Positions 11,901 to 21,219 of a stretch of 53,821 bases of DNA are shown here, piece after piece. The translations under genes and the position numbers were made by a program. The DNA comes from Candidatus Eiseniibacteriota bacterium (lineage in GTDB: Bacteria > Eisenbacteria > RBG-16-71-46 > CAIMUX01 > VGJL01). Under the pieces are notes generated by a model. That model did no database searches, had not been told where the DNA came from, and saw only the letters and a list, made by a program, of their open reading frames with translations. The first letter of the stretch is position 1, and every line of letters starts with the position of its first letter. The stretch lies in assembly GCA_041946735.1 (NCBI GenBank), contig JBHGAY010000032.1, positions 1 to 53,821 on the forward strand, in the 5' to 3' direction.

Positions 11901-11956
11901 TACTGGCGGTCCTCGTCGAAACGCTCCCTCTCGTGCTGCTCGCCCGCTCCCGTCAT
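8936..11956 (-). CDS. Receiver-like domains fused to a PEP/pyruvate-binding (PPDK-N, ATP-grasp) domain
   Basis: GSLGGKGRGL, AVRSSSLLEDS..QPFAG.Y, EEEKMGVVLQ, GPGRWGTSDPWLGIPV, SEGTHFFQN; receiver-like N-terminal segments. Confidence 0.88.
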   Translation of the reverse strand: MTGAGEQHERERFDEDRQYERFRDLMRHHIREILLVSSPYDSYTLEQDGMLSESLDAEYHELRLSAAPRITQVSTGGEALEALERIPFDLVITTARLGGMDLRAFGRAVKRTRPDLAVVLLAYNPTEAARVKEMIASTRARGEDPPPVDQVFIWHGDVRILLAIVKHFEDQRNVERDTELAGVRAILLVENSVRFVSSYLPLLYTELVKQNQRLMADGVNARQRLRRMKARPKILLAETFEEGWALFERYRDTLLGILLDCGFCKDGKEDPDAGLEFLRRVKQAEPDMPVLMQSSEIANAPLARALDADFLDKESPYLLEELRSFMRRSLGFGDFVFQLPDGTEVARARDLQEMGRVLRGVPEEALRYHASRNHFSNWCMARTEFDLAARIRPVKVSQFESIADLRRYLIDAFERLRTDARRGVISDFSRSDGEEATGFARIGSGSLGGKGRGLGFLDALLARSDLPRQFPGVRIQVPAAVAIGTDVFDDFLLDNGLRALALDEEDDEAIASAFESGKFRVPIEEDLRAFLRRFRCPIAVRSSSLLEDSPDQPFAGIYRTIMLPNDEASEEERLANLMRAIRAVYASTYSREAKSYIRQTQHRMEEEKMGVVLQRLIGRRRRGGPRFYPSLAGVARSTNSYPVLGGRAEDGVALVALGFGKTVVDGERSIRFSPGSPRCLPQFGSAEETLENAQRTFYALRCGSGGPAHVRTGEEWLERLDLEAAEEDGALRHVGSVYSPDDDTIHDGISRQGIRIVTFASILKRETFPLAPILERLLQMGARAMSGPIEIEFAAELPAEPAATAEFGVLQIRPVSIEAGSTDLDEILDRTPPGRRLCVSTRAIGQGRIRGISDVVFVHPDRFDRSRTPAIASDVGSLDEALRAEGREYLLIGPGRWGTSDPWLGIPVAWHQISGVRAILETDLLDVPVAPSEGTHFFQNMTSFGIAYLNVASREPADFLDLHWLASLPWRREAGCVRHVRLPQPLDLWIDGRSRRGVILKSELES

Positions 11957-12159
11957 CCCCGCTTCCTCCCGAGGCTTCTCTGTCCGGCTTGCCCAACCAA
12001 GGCTGCCGGCGACGCCGGCGGTCCCGCGGGACGGTCGGACCGGATGGTCAATCCGGCCGCTCGGTCCAACCCGCTCGACGATTCTACCGGATCGGCCGGG
12101 AGCCGCGCCGTACGATCCTCGCCTCTGCTACGATCCGGGAGGTCGCGCGTCCGACGGCC

Positions 12160-12242
12160 GCGATCGGCGCGAGGCGCGCGATCGGGGCGAGGCGCGCGAT
12201 CGGCGCAAGGAAGTAGAGGAAGGGGAGGAAGGGGAGGAAGGG
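12160..12242. repeat. 18-nt repeat x~2.7 followed by gaggaaggg x3 directly before the start codon
   Basis: gcgatcgg[c/g]gcgaggcgc-type units at 12160, 12178, 12196; gaggaaggg at 12216, 12225, 12234. Confidence 0.85.
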
Positions 12243-12247
12243 AAACA

Positions 12248-14944
12248 GTGGACGTCCACGGGCTCGACACGATCTTCCGGCCGCAACGGATCGCCGTATT
12301 CGGCGCGAGCGAGAACCCCAAGGGAGTGGGCACCACCGTCCTGCGCAATCTCGTGAGCGGAGGGTTCCGCGGCGTCGTCTACCCGGTCCACAAGACGATG
12401 GAAGCGGCGCTCGGCATCCCGTGCTTCCCGGAGGTGAAGGGGCTCCCGAAGGTCCCGGACCTCGCGGTGATCTGCACCGCTGCGACCGCCGTACCCGGGA
12501 TCGTCGCGGAATGCGGCGAGGCGGGAATCCGAGGGGTCGTGATCCTCTCGGCCGGCTTCAAGGAGGTCGGCCCCGAGGGAAAGGCGCTCGAGGATGCGGT
12601 CCGCGCCGAGCAGAGCCGGTTCGACGGAATGCGGATCATCGGACCCAACTGCCTCGGCATCATCGTCCCGGGCCTCGCGCTCAACGCAAGCTTCGCGACC
12701 GAGATGCCGAAGGCCGGGCATGTCGCGTTCCTCTCGCAATCCGGCGCGCTGTGCACGTCGGTGCTCGACTGGGCGGCGGAGGAAAACGTCGGCTTCTCCT
12801 ACTTCGTCTCGATCGGCAACATGCTCGACGTCGACTTCGGCGATCTCATCGACTACTTCGGCGCGGACGAGAAGACGAAGTCGGTCATCCTCTACGTCGA
12901 GTCGCTGAAGAACCCGCGGAAGTTCATGACCGCGACCCGCGCCTTCGCCCGCGTGAAGCCGATCCTCGCCTACAAGGCGGGACGGTTCGCGGAGTCGGCG
13001 AAGGCGGCCGCGTCGCACACCGGCGCCCTCGCCGGCGAGGACTCGGTCTATGACGCAGCCTTCGAGCGGTCCGGTATCGCGCGTGTCTTCGAGATCGGCG
13101 ACGTCTTCGACTGCGCCGAGCTGGTGGCGCGCTATCAGCAGCCGCGCGGCGCGCGCCTCGCGATCGTCACCAACGCCGGCGGTCCCGGCGTGATGGCGAC
13201 CGACGCTCTGATTGCCCGCAAGGGGGTGCTGGCGGAGTTGTCGGAGGAGACGATCCGCCAGCTCGACGAGACGATGCCCCCGTTCTGGTCGCACGGCAAC
13301 CCGGTCGACGTGCTCGGAGACGCGCGCCCGAAGCGGGTCGCGCGCGCCACGGAGATCGTCCTCGCCGACCCGGGAGTCGACGCGGCGCTGGTGATCCTGA
13401 CGCCGCAAGCGATGACGAACCCGAGCTCGACCGCCCGGGCGATCGGCGAGCTGGCGGCAAACGCTTCGAAGCCGATCCTCTGCGCATGGCTTGGCGGCAA
13501 GAGCATGCGCGAGGGGATCGCGATCCTGAATCAGGCGGGGATCGCGACCTACACGACGCCGGAGCAGGCGGTACGAGCGTTCATGACCCTCGTCGCGTAC
13601 GCGCGCAACCTGGATATCCTCTTCGAGACGCCACGCGACATCTCGATCACCTTTCCCAGGGAGCGATGGGACCTGCGCCGCTCCTTCCGTGAGTTGGTGG
13701 AGAAGGACGGCGAGATCCTCAGCGAGGAGTCGTCCAAGCGGCTCCTGGAGGCCTACGCGATCCCGACGACTCGTCCGATTCCCGCGGCGACCGAGGAGCA
13801 GGCGGTCGCGGCCGCGGAGGCGATCCGCTACCCGGTCGTGCTCAAGGTCCTCTCCCCCGACATCACCCACAAGACGGATGTGGGCGGCGTCGTCCTTGAC
13901 CTCGACGGCCCCGCCGACGTCCGGGCCGCGTTCGCGCGGATCGTCGCCTCCGTCCGCCGGCGAGCGCCTCAGGCGCGAATCGATGGGGTGACGGTCCAGC
14001 GGATGATCCGTACGAAGGACAGCTTCGAGATGATCCTGGGGATGAAGCGGGATCCGACCTTCGGGTCGGTGATCCTCGTCGGCGCGGGAGGGGTCACGGC
14101 CGAGGTGCTGCGGGATCGCGCGCTCGGATTCCCGCCGCTCAACGAACGGCTCGCCCGGAGGATGCTCGAGTCCCTGGGCTCGTGGCCGCTCCTGCAAGGC
14201 TACCGCGGGCGACCCGGCGTCGACGTCGACAGCCTGATCACGATCCTGATGCGCTTCTCCTACCTCGTGGCCGACTACCCGGAGATCCGCGAGCTCGACA
14301 TCAACCCGCTCCTCGTGAGCCCCGACGAAGCGGTGGCTCTCGATGCTCGCGTCGTCGTCGACAGCGGCCGGGTCGGGGAGGGTCCCGGCTCCTACGAGCA
14401 CCTCGCGCTGCGACCGTACCCCGAGGAGTACGTCACCGAGAAGACGCTCAAGGACGGCACGCGTGTGTTGCTTCGCCCCATCCGGCCCGAGGACGAGCCG
14501 ATGTGGAAGGATCTGCTGAGCCGGTGCTCGGCCGAAACGATCTACGCGCGCTTCCGGTCCGCCTTCCAATGGCGCCCGCACGAGATCGCGACGCGCTACT
14601 GCTTCATCGACTACGATCGGGAGATCGCGCTCGTGGCCGAGACGGACGAGGGGGACCAGCGCCGGCTTGCCGGAGTCGGACGGCTGATCGCCGATCCGAT
14701 GCACGAGACGGTCGAGTACGCGGTCCTCGTCGCCGACGCATGGCAGAACCGCGGGCTGGGCGGCGTGCTGACCGACGCCTGCTTCGAGATCGCGAAGCAT
14801 TGGGGCCTGAAGAGGATCGTGGCGGAGACCGCCCCGGACAACACACGGATGATCAGCCTCTTCCGCAGCCGGGGATTCCATCTCGTCCACGACGTCGAAG
14901 GAGAGGTCGTCGAGGTTTTCAAGGAGCTGCCCGGCTCCCGGTGA
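12248..14944 (+). CDS. Bifunctional acetate-CoA ligase-like/GNAT protein (Pat/YfiQ-type lysine acetyltransferase)
   Basis: GTG 12248; IAVFGAS, IIGPNCLG, LSQSGA, SHTGALAG, NPVDVLGDA, ELDINP, then C-terminal GNAT (LRPIRPED...WQNRGLG). Confidence 0.9.
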   Translation: MDVHGLDTIFRPQRIAVFGASENPKGVGTTVLRNLVSGGFRGVVYPVHKTMEAALGIPCFPEVKGLPKVPDLAVICTAATAVPGIVAECGEAGIRGVVILSAGFKEVGPEGKALEDAVRAEQSRFDGMRIIGPNCLGIIVPGLALNASFATEMPKAGHVAFLSQSGALCTSVLDWAAEENVGFSYFVSIGNMLDVDFGDLIDYFGADEKTKSVILYVESLKNPRKFMTATRAFARVKPILAYKAGRFAESAKAAASHTGALAGEDSVYDAAFERSGIARVFEIGDVFDCAELVARYQQPRGARLAIVTNAGGPGVMATDALIARKGVLAELSEETIRQLDETMPPFWSHGNPVDVLGDARPKRVARATEIVLADPGVDAALVILTPQAMTNPSSTARAIGELAANASKPILCAWLGGKSMREGIAILNQAGIATYTTPEQAVRAFMTLVAYARNLDILFETPRDISITFPRERWDLRRSFRELVEKDGEILSEESSKRLLEAYAIPTTRPIPAATEEQAVAAAEAIRYPVVLKVLSPDITHKTDVGGVVLDLDGPADVRAAFARIVASVRRRAPQARIDGVTVQRMIRTKDSFEMILGMKRDPTFGSVILVGAGGVTAEVLRDRALGFPPLNERLARRMLESLGSWPLLQGYRGRPGVDVDSLITILMRFSYLVADYPEIRELDINPLLVSPDEAVALDARVVVDSGRVGEGPGSYEHLALRPYPEEYVTEKTLKDGTRVLLRPIRPEDEPMWKDLLSRCSAETIYARFRSAFQWRPHEIATRYCFIDYDREIALVAETDEGDQRRLAGVGRLIADPMHETVEYAVLVADAWQNRGLGGVLTDACFEIAKHWGLKRIVAETAPDNTRMISLFRSRGFHLVHDVEGEVVEVFKELPGSR

Positions 14945-14996
14945 GCGGCGCGCCGAGCCGCCGCCCGGAGCGCAGGGTAGCGGCGGGAGGCTCGCC

Positions 14997-15392
14997 ATGG
15001 GAAGGATCGAGGAGTTCGAGGCGTTCCGCGCGAGGATGAACGAGAAGATCCTCGCGGCCGACAACCGCGCGATCAAGCGGTTCTACGGCGTCGACACGCT
15101 GGCCTACGAGACCGGCGTCCTCGACCGGCGGACGAAGGAGATGCTCGGGCTCTGCGCGTCGCTCGTCCTGCGGTGCGACGACTGCGTCACCTACCACCTG
15201 CTCGAGTGCAAGAAGCTGGGCGTCGGCGACGCGGAGATCTTCGACGTTTGCAGCGTCTCGCTGGTCGTCGGCGGCAGCATCGTGGTCCCCCACCTGCGCC
15301 GGGCGGTCGCCGTTCTCGAGGAGTGGAACGAGAGGGAGCGGGCTGCCGGCTCGACCGGTGCTTCGTCCTCGCCGGGGATTGACGAAACGTGA
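14997..15392 (+). CDS. Carboxymuconolactone decarboxylase/AhpD-family protein
   Basis: LDRRTKEMLGL...LRCDDCVTYH...VVGGSIVVPH; GGAGG upstream. Confidence 0.88.
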   Translation: MGRIEEFEAFRARMNEKILAADNRAIKRFYGVDTLAYETGVLDRRTKEMLGLCASLVLRCDDCVTYHLLECKKLGVGDAEIFDVCSVSLVVGGSIVVPHLRRAVAVLEEWNERERAAGSTGASSSPGIDET

Positions 15393-15436
15393 GAACGTCC
15401 GGGCCGTCGGCGCGAAGCCGTCCTGCCCGGACGTTC
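15393..15436. terminator. Hairpin between convergent genes (possible terminator)
   Basis: 12-bp stem gaacgtccgggc/gcccggacgttc; no clear U-tract. Confidence 0.4.
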
Positions 15437-15509
15437 GATTCTCGGATCCGATCCGATGGAGGACTGCCCGCAGCTCCTCGCGCGGGGCTCGAGACGTCCT
15501 CCCCCTCTC

Positions 15510-18500
15510 TCACTTCAGAAGCGTGATCTGGCGCACCTCCATCCGGTCGGCCGCGTCGAGACGGACGAAGTAGATCCCCGAAGGAAGCGAGCGCCCCGCT
15601 TCGTCCCGCCCATCGAAGACCGCGACGTGGACGCCGGACGCGACGGGCCCCTTCACCAGGCTCCGCACCATACGTCCGCCGACGTCGAAGATCGCGAGGT
15701 CGACAGGCCCGGGGTGGGCGCTGCGGAAGAGGATCGACAGGCGCGGATTGAACGGGTTCGGAGAGAGCGACACGATCTCCGAGCGGCCGATCGTCGCCGA
15801 ATCCTCCGCTCCGGTCACCGGGCTGCGCGTCGCGCTCAATGAGAAGTCATCGACGGCCGCCTCGATCAAGGAGCCCGGCGAGACGTCCTCGGCCACGAAA
15901 CGCAACTGGACGTGCGAGGTGAGCGGCACATAGGCGCCGAGATCGAACTGATAGGAGTTCCAGCTGTTCGCGCTCGCCTGCGTGTGCTCGAGATGCACCC
16001 AGTTCGTCCCGTCGGACGTCACGTCGACGTCCCACCAGTCCAGCCCCGGGCTGTTGCCCAGATCGTTGGTGTACCAGCGCCAGTATCCGATGCTCGCCGA
16101 GACGGCGTTGCCCAGATCGAAGACCGGGGTCAGGAGCGTCGTCTTCCCCCCGTCCAGGTCGGCCTCCCCCGCGGCGCCGCCGACCGAGCCTTGGCCGGTG
16201 ACGAAGCAGAGCGTCCCGGCCGCTGTGTGATCGTCCTCCGCCTGTGCCGGCTGGCCGTTGTAGGTCGTGCCGTTCGGATCGACGCGGACCCACTGCCCGG
16301 TGGTCGCGTTGTCTCCCGCCGCGCCGAGCGCCCATCCGCGATCGGTCTCCACGTCATCCACCCAGTCGCCGACCTGCACCTCGTAGGCGAGGGTCGCGGC
16401 GAAGCCGGCCTCGTTCGTCACGTCGATCCGAAGCGGAACGACGGCGGGAGACGGGCAGCCCGGCAGGACGCGGATCGCGAACGCGGAGAGCAGGCCATTG
16501 GAGCCGACCGGAACGCGAACGCTCGCCCCCTCCGGGTCCTCGATGACGACGTGAGGACTCGTCGAGCTGAGCATGCCGATGAGCGACCGGGCATCGGAAT
16601 GTCCGGTGTTCGAGAGCCAGGCCTGCAGGAAGAACGTTTCTCCCGGCTCCACGACTCCATCGCCGTCTCCACCCGGGGCCGAGTCGTCGATCACGAGGTT
16701 GCCCGGGACGAGGACCGGCGCCTGGACGCGAAGCGCGAAGCCGCCGTTCCACTCCCCTTCGTTCGCACGCGCGGTAACGGTGAAGCCGACCGTGTGCTGG
16801 TCGGGAGCCGTTCCGAGGAGATGGATGCGGTAGGGCTGGCTGCAATGTTCGATGCCGCCGGCCGGAATGTTCGGGAATTCGTTCTCGTTCGTCAGGATCT
16901 CGACCAGCGGGTCTTCGCTCGCGATGACCGCCGAGACCCCCGTCGTCCCTTCGATTCCGACGTTCTCGAGCGCGAGGCGCAGGCCGGTCGCCTCCCCGGC
17001 GTCCACCTCGCCGTCCTGATCGCCCGCAGCGTCGAGGACCGAGCAGGAATCGAAGACGAGGTACGGACCCGACGGCGGGATCACCGGGATCGAGACGTCG
17101 TAGCGGACGCGGTTCGCCTTGGTGACCGTGACGCGCAGCTCGCCCGGCTGCTCCTGCGGCACGATCGGGACCTCCTGCGGGAATCCGGTCGCGATCGCTG
17201 TTCCCACGATCTCCCCGTCCACGGTGAGCCCGATCATCGCTCCCGCCTCGGCCTGGATCTGCAGCGAGCCGACGCCGAGCAGGCAGACGTCGTCGTGGGT
17301 GACCGCCATCGCCGTCGGCACCTCGCTGTTCATCGTCAGGAAGGCGTCGCCGTGATGATGGAACAGGTGGTAGGTGACCTCCTTGTCGCCCGGGTTGTAC
17401 GGCCAGTTGCTCGAGCGCAGGAAGTACTTGCCGCTGGCCATTCCGAACGCCGGCTTCAGGTCGGTCACGAAGCCGGTCTCGGGCGGGTAGGGACCGTAGT
17501 CCGGCATGAAGCCGGGCCACATCGTGTCGAAGAGGCCGAAGATGTAGGCGTCGTTGACGAACGAGTAGGAAATCTCGGAGGCGGCGACCAGGCCGAGAGC
17601 GCCCTGCGCCATCCGATGGAACGCCTCCGTGAAGGACTCGCTGCTCCAGTTATACTTTCCCGTCAGGCAGTTCATGCTGAAGACGAACGGCGCCTTGCTC
17701 CCCATGTGAAGGCCGGTCAGGTTCGAGTTCGTGTAGCGCGGTTCTCCCCAGCCGATCTCTTCGCCGTGATCACGATGCAGCAGGAAGTAGCTGCCGGCAT
17801 TCAGATCGTTGTTGATCCTCGTCGCGTTGCCGCTCCAGTCGGTGAGGTGCTGCGGCGTCAGAGGGATGTAGCCGAGACCGTTCGGTCCGAAGTAGTTCAC
17901 GAGCATGTTCGTGTTCGGGTTGGACGACCAGATCGAACCGGGCACGCCATCGTAAATGGCGTATTCGCGGACCGGATGCTTGCCGAGGACGTTCGCCTGA
18001 TGTCCGAGCACGATCTCGCAGCAGAGGATGAACCAGCGTTCCGTCTGCCATCCCCCGGCGATGAGCGGACGATCGTAGAAGCCTGCGTCGGTGACCGGCG
18101 TCCTTTCGTATTCGAGCATCCGTCCGATCATCTTCTGCAACTCGTCGGCGTTCCGCGCCGTGATCCGGGCGTGGATCATGTCGGGCATGTCGTCGTCGTC
18201 GACGTCCGCATAGATGTTGTCCGAGACGCAGTAGCTGTTCCACACGGGGGCGGTGATGCCGGTGTCCATGAGCCCGCTGCCCGGATAGTCTCCAAGGATC
18301 AGGAACGCCGCCGGAGCCGGGTCCCACGTCTGGTACGCATTGTTCAACCACGCCTCGATGATCGGGGCGGTCGTTCCTCCGATCTGCGTCGTGGTGAACA
18401 CTTCGGTCGAGATTCCCTGGAGCTTCCGCCAGGTCTTCAGCGTGTCGGCCCAGGCGCGGAAATCGGGATTGTCCGGCGTGATGATGACGTACTCGAAGCC

Positions 18501-19235
18501 GTTGCGGCCGCCGCGCGGAGAGTCGAGGTCCAGCGCGGGAAGGCTGGCGTAGTTGATCAAATGCTCTTCGAGGATCGGCTCCCAGAACCGGTTGCGCAGG
18601 CGATCCTCGCCGAAGCGTCCGGCCCCGCCTTCGAAGTCGATTCGCACCTCGATCTCGGTGTACGCCAGCAGCTCACGCGTCACCGGATTGTACTGAAACG
18701 GCGTAATGCCGACGGTGACGACATCCACGCCGCGCATTTGTCCCTTAGGGGAGAGCAGCACCGGGCTCGCCGGATAGAAGGCGTCCCGCTGAAAGATCGC
18801 GGGGTTCGCCTGGTAGACGAGCGGTCCGTCCTCGGTCTCCTTCGGGATGACCGGAGCAGGCGCGATCCGCATCCCCGGATAGCTTTGCGTCCGCACGGAG
18901 ACGATCTCGAGGCGCGGCGTGGCCCCCTCGGGGAGCGCCACGAGACGGCCGAGCCCGGGAAGATCGGGAGCGCCGGAGTCATTGGGAAGGAAGACTCCGG
19001 AGAGAGCGATTCGTTCAAGGGTTTCGCTCCCGACGCGCACATCCTCGGTCTCGAATCGATCCATCTCGAAGCGGATCGTGACCCCGTTCGGGTCCTGCCT
19101 CGTCAGCGAGATGCCTGGATCGCCGGCGCCGCCTGAGATCTCGTAGGACTTGGCGGGGACCGAGTGGAAGGGGATCGAGAGGGCGAGAAGAAGAGCGGCC
19201 AGGCAAGCTGCGACCTGGGTTGTCTTGCGGCGCAT
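15510..19235 (-). CDS. Gingipain-like cysteine peptidase (C25) with propeptide, Ig-like domains and FlgD-Ig/T9SS-like C-terminal domain
   Basis: ATG 19235 with signal peptide; propeptide GAPDLP...PFQYNPV; catalytic HRDHG and FSMNCLTG; C-terminus PNPFNP...IFDVGGR...SGIYFVRL...ITLLK. Confidence 0.9.
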   Translation of the reverse strand: MRRKTTQVAACLAALLLALSIPFHSVPAKSYEISGGAGDPGISLTRQDPNGVTIRFEMDRFETEDVRVGSETLERIALSGVFLPNDSGAPDLPGLGRLVALPEGATPRLEIVSVRTQSYPGMRIAPAPVIPKETEDGPLVYQANPAIFQRDAFYPASPVLLSPKGQMRGVDVVTVGITPFQYNPVTRELLAYTEIEVRIDFEGGAGRFGEDRLRNRFWEPILEEHLINYASLPALDLDSPRGGRNGFEYVIITPDNPDFRAWADTLKTWRKLQGISTEVFTTTQIGGTTAPIIEAWLNNAYQTWDPAPAAFLILGDYPGSGLMDTGITAPVWNSYCVSDNIYADVDDDDMPDMIHARITARNADELQKMIGRMLEYERTPVTDAGFYDRPLIAGGWQTERWFILCCEIVLGHQANVLGKHPVREYAIYDGVPGSIWSSNPNTNMLVNYFGPNGLGYIPLTPQHLTDWSGNATRINNDLNAGSYFLLHRDHGEEIGWGEPRYTNSNLTGLHMGSKAPFVFSMNCLTGKYNWSSESFTEAFHRMAQGALGLVAASEISYSFVNDAYIFGLFDTMWPGFMPDYGPYPPETGFVTDLKPAFGMASGKYFLRSSNWPYNPGDKEVTYHLFHHHGDAFLTMNSEVPTAMAVTHDDVCLLGVGSLQIQAEAGAMIGLTVDGEIVGTAIATGFPQEVPIVPQEQPGELRVTVTKANRVRYDVSIPVIPPSGPYLVFDSCSVLDAAGDQDGEVDAGEATGLRLALENVGIEGTTGVSAVIASEDPLVEILTNENEFPNIPAGGIEHCSQPYRIHLLGTAPDQHTVGFTVTARANEGEWNGGFALRVQAPVLVPGNLVIDDSAPGGDGDGVVEPGETFFLQAWLSNTGHSDARSLIGMLSSTSPHVVIEDPEGASVRVPVGSNGLLSAFAIRVLPGCPSPAVVPLRIDVTNEAGFAATLAYEVQVGDWVDDVETDRGWALGAAGDNATTGQWVRVDPNGTTYNGQPAQAEDDHTAAGTLCFVTGQGSVGGAAGEADLDGGKTTLLTPVFDLGNAVSASIGYWRWYTNDLGNSPGLDWWDVDVTSDGTNWVHLEHTQASANSWNSYQFDLGAYVPLTSHVQLRFVAEDVSPGSLIEAAVDDFSLSATRSPVTGAEDSATIGRSEIVSLSPNPFNPRLSILFRSAHPGPVDLAIFDVGGRMVRSLVKGPVASGVHVAVFDGRDEAGRSLPSGIYFVRLDAADRMEVRQITLLK

Positions 19236-19538
19236 GAGGCTTCTACCTCCCATCCGGAGGGTCGTCGGCCGCTCGTCGATGACCGAGCCTCGCGATTCCA
19301 GGCTCGGGCCGGGCCTCGCGACCGTAGGCGGGACCCCGGAGATCCCGGTGAATCGAATGCCGTATAAGGGTAACACGCGCCCGTAAGTCGTTTCCATGAG
19401 GGAATCGAAAGGATCGAACGAACGGACGGAGGGCGGGAAGGACGGACGGGGACCGACCTGCCGGCGCCTGCGACTTCGAGCCCGCGCAAGGAGCGGCTCA
19501 CCGAGAAGGGACGAGAAGAACGGAAGACTGCGAGGCTG

Positions 19539-19613
19539 TGTCCCCAACGGGATTCGAACCCGTGTTGCCACCTTGAAAGGGTGGAGTCCTAGGCCGGGCT
19601 AGACGATGGGGAC
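19539..19613 (-). tRNA. tRNA-Glu (UUC); CCA not encoded
   Basis: GTCCCCA/TGGGGAC acceptor stem, CCACC-CTTTCAA-GGTGG anticodon arm, ACGGG-TTCGAAT-CCCGT T arm. Confidence 0.97.
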
Positions 19614-19637
19614 GCGCGTCCGACGCGCAGATACGGC

Positions 19638-19666
19638 ATCCTACTCGGAGGACTCGCGACGCGCAA
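19638..19666 (-). promoter_or_regulatory. Putative sigma70 promoter of tRNA-Glu
   Basis: TTGCGC-N17-TAGGAT on the minus strand, 24 nt upstream of the tRNA. Confidence 0.5.
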
Positions 19667-19713
19667 CCCCTCGGGGCCCCGGCTCCTCGAGACGCCGGCG
19701 GGATCCGCGCGAG

Positions 19714-21219
19714 CTACTCCGCCGCTTCGTCCGCGGCTTCGGGGGACTCCCCCGCCGCCGGCGGCGGTCCATCCACCGCGGGCCGCTCGGCCCCGCCTGC
19801 CGGCTCGCTCGCTTCCGGGCCCTCCGAAGCTTCCGCACCTGTCAGAGTCCCCTCGTAGAAGCCGCGAGTCCTTTTGCGGTGCGACTCGACGAGATCGGCC
19901 TCCCTTCCCTGCCGGCTCGACCGATAAAGAATGCGATCGCTCTCGGGGATTCCATCCGGGAGGTACGACTCCGGGATCCAGTGGCCGGGGGATTCGTGCG
20001 GGTAGCGGTATCCGGCGCCGTATCCGAGTCCTTCCATCAGCCGGGTCGGAGCGTTGCGAATGCGGAGCGGAACGGGGAGAGGACCCCGGTCGGCGACGAG
20101 AGAGGCCGCTCGCCCGTACGACATGTAGACGCTGTTCGATTTCGGGCAGAGCGCGAGGTGCAGCACGAGCTGCGCGATCGCGAGATGCCCTTCCGGCGAG
20201 CCCACCCATTGATAAGCGGCCGCGGCGGCCGTCGCGTGATGGAGAGCCGAAGGATCGGCGAGCCCCACGTCCTCCGACGCGAAGCGGAGAAGCCGCCGGA
20301 GGACGTAGCGCGGATCCTCCCCGCCTTCGAGCAGGCGCGCGAGCCAGTAGAGCGAGGCGTGCGGATCGCTTCCCCGCAGGCTCTTGTGCAGCGCCGAGAT
20401 CAGATCGAAGTGCTCTTCCGGACCGACGGGCGATCGCCCCTGCCGCTCGCAAACGCGCGCGACCCACTCCGCCGTGGGGCGTCGAGCGCCGGAGGCATCC
20501 GGACGGGTCGCGGAGGCGAGCATCTCGAGCGTGTTGAGGAGCCGGCGGGCGTCGAGGGCGGCATGCCGCAGGAGGACCGACCATCCTGCCTCGTCGAGCG
20601 CAAGCTGCGCAGCTCCGAGCCCGCGCTCGCCGTCCTGCAGCGCCCGCTCCCCCAGCTCCCTCAGGTGACGCTCCTCGAGAGGCCGCAATACATAGACGGT
20701 GCAGCGGGAGAGCAGGGCGGCGATGACCTCGAACGAAGGGTTCTCCGTCGTTGCGCCGATCAGGATGATCCGGCCGCTCTCGACGTGCGGCAGGAAGGCG
20801 TCCTGCTGCGCCCGATTGAAGCGATGGATTTCGTCGACGAACAGGACGGTGCGGATGCCGTCGCGCGCCCAACGCCGGTCGGCGCGCGCCACGACCTCGC
20901 GCACCTCCTTCACTCCCGAGAGGACGGCGCTGAATCGCTCCCCGGCGTGGCCGGGAATCTCGGCGAGCAAATGCGCGAGGGTCGTCTTTCCCGATCCGGG
21001 CGGGCCCCAAAGGATGAGCGAGGAAAGTTTCCCCTCGTCGTGAAGGCGGCGCAGCGGGGCGCCGGGGGCGGTCAGGTGCTCCTGGCCGAGGATCTCCTCC
21101 CAGGTACGCGGTCGCATCCGGTCGGCGAGAGGCGCGGGCGGCGGATCGGAACGACGGGACGGGCGCAGCGAATCCCCGAAGAGATCGGCCTCGTCGTCCT
21201 CGTCACCTCTCTTCGGCAT
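19714..21219 (-). CDS. rarA: Replication-associated recombination protein A (MgsA/RarA AAA+ ATPase)
   Basis: PLADRMRP, GPPGSGKTT, FVDEIHRFN, GATTENPSF, ISALHKSLRGSD, SEDVGLAD. Confidence 0.96.
   Translation of the reverse strand: MPKRGDEDDEADLFGDSLRPSRRSDPPPAPLADRMRPRTWEEILGQEHLTAPGAPLRRLHDEGKLSSLILWGPPGSGKTTLAHLLAEIPGHAGERFSAVLSGVKEVREVVARADRRWARDGIRTVLFVDEIHRFNRAQQDAFLPHVESGRIILIGATTENPSFEVIAALLSRCTVYVLRPLEERHLRELGERALQDGERGLGAAQLALDEAGWSVLLRHAALDARRLLNTLEMLASATRPDASGARRPTAEWVARVCERQGRSPVGPEEHFDLISALHKSLRGSDPHASLYWLARLLEGGEDPRYVLRRLLRFASEDVGLADPSALHHATAAAAAYQWVGSPEGHLAIAQLVLHLALCPKSNSVYMSYGRAASLVADRGPLPVPLRIRNAPTRLMEGLGYGAGYRYPHESPGHWIPESYLPDGIPESDRILYRSSRQGREADLVESHRKRTRGFYEGTLTGAEASEGPEASEPAGGAERPAVDGPPPAAGESPEAADEAAE

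Noticed and set aside
12160..12242. Short repeat clusters (also 7806, 37182, 49213) as CRISPR arrays
   Set aside because: Units abut directly with no unique spacers, are too short, and there are no cas genes.
11456..12247. Long N-terminal extensions in the ORF track (also 39772-41439 for nth, 28131-29465 for GT4, 19236-19571 for C25)
   Set aside because: They overlap other genes or the tRNA. Downstream starts with an RBS or coupled stop/start match where family similarity begins.
15912..19136. Very long alternative-frame or antisense ORFs (also 8772-11996, 12128-15076, 29405-33202, 42975-46019)
   Set aside because: Shadows of real genes, expected at high GC where stop codons are rare. Their translations are low-complexity with no motifs.
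19236..19613. tRNA-Glu as the integration site of a genomic island
   Set aside because: No integrase, no duplicated tRNA 3' end noticed, and no compositional shift in the flanking genes.
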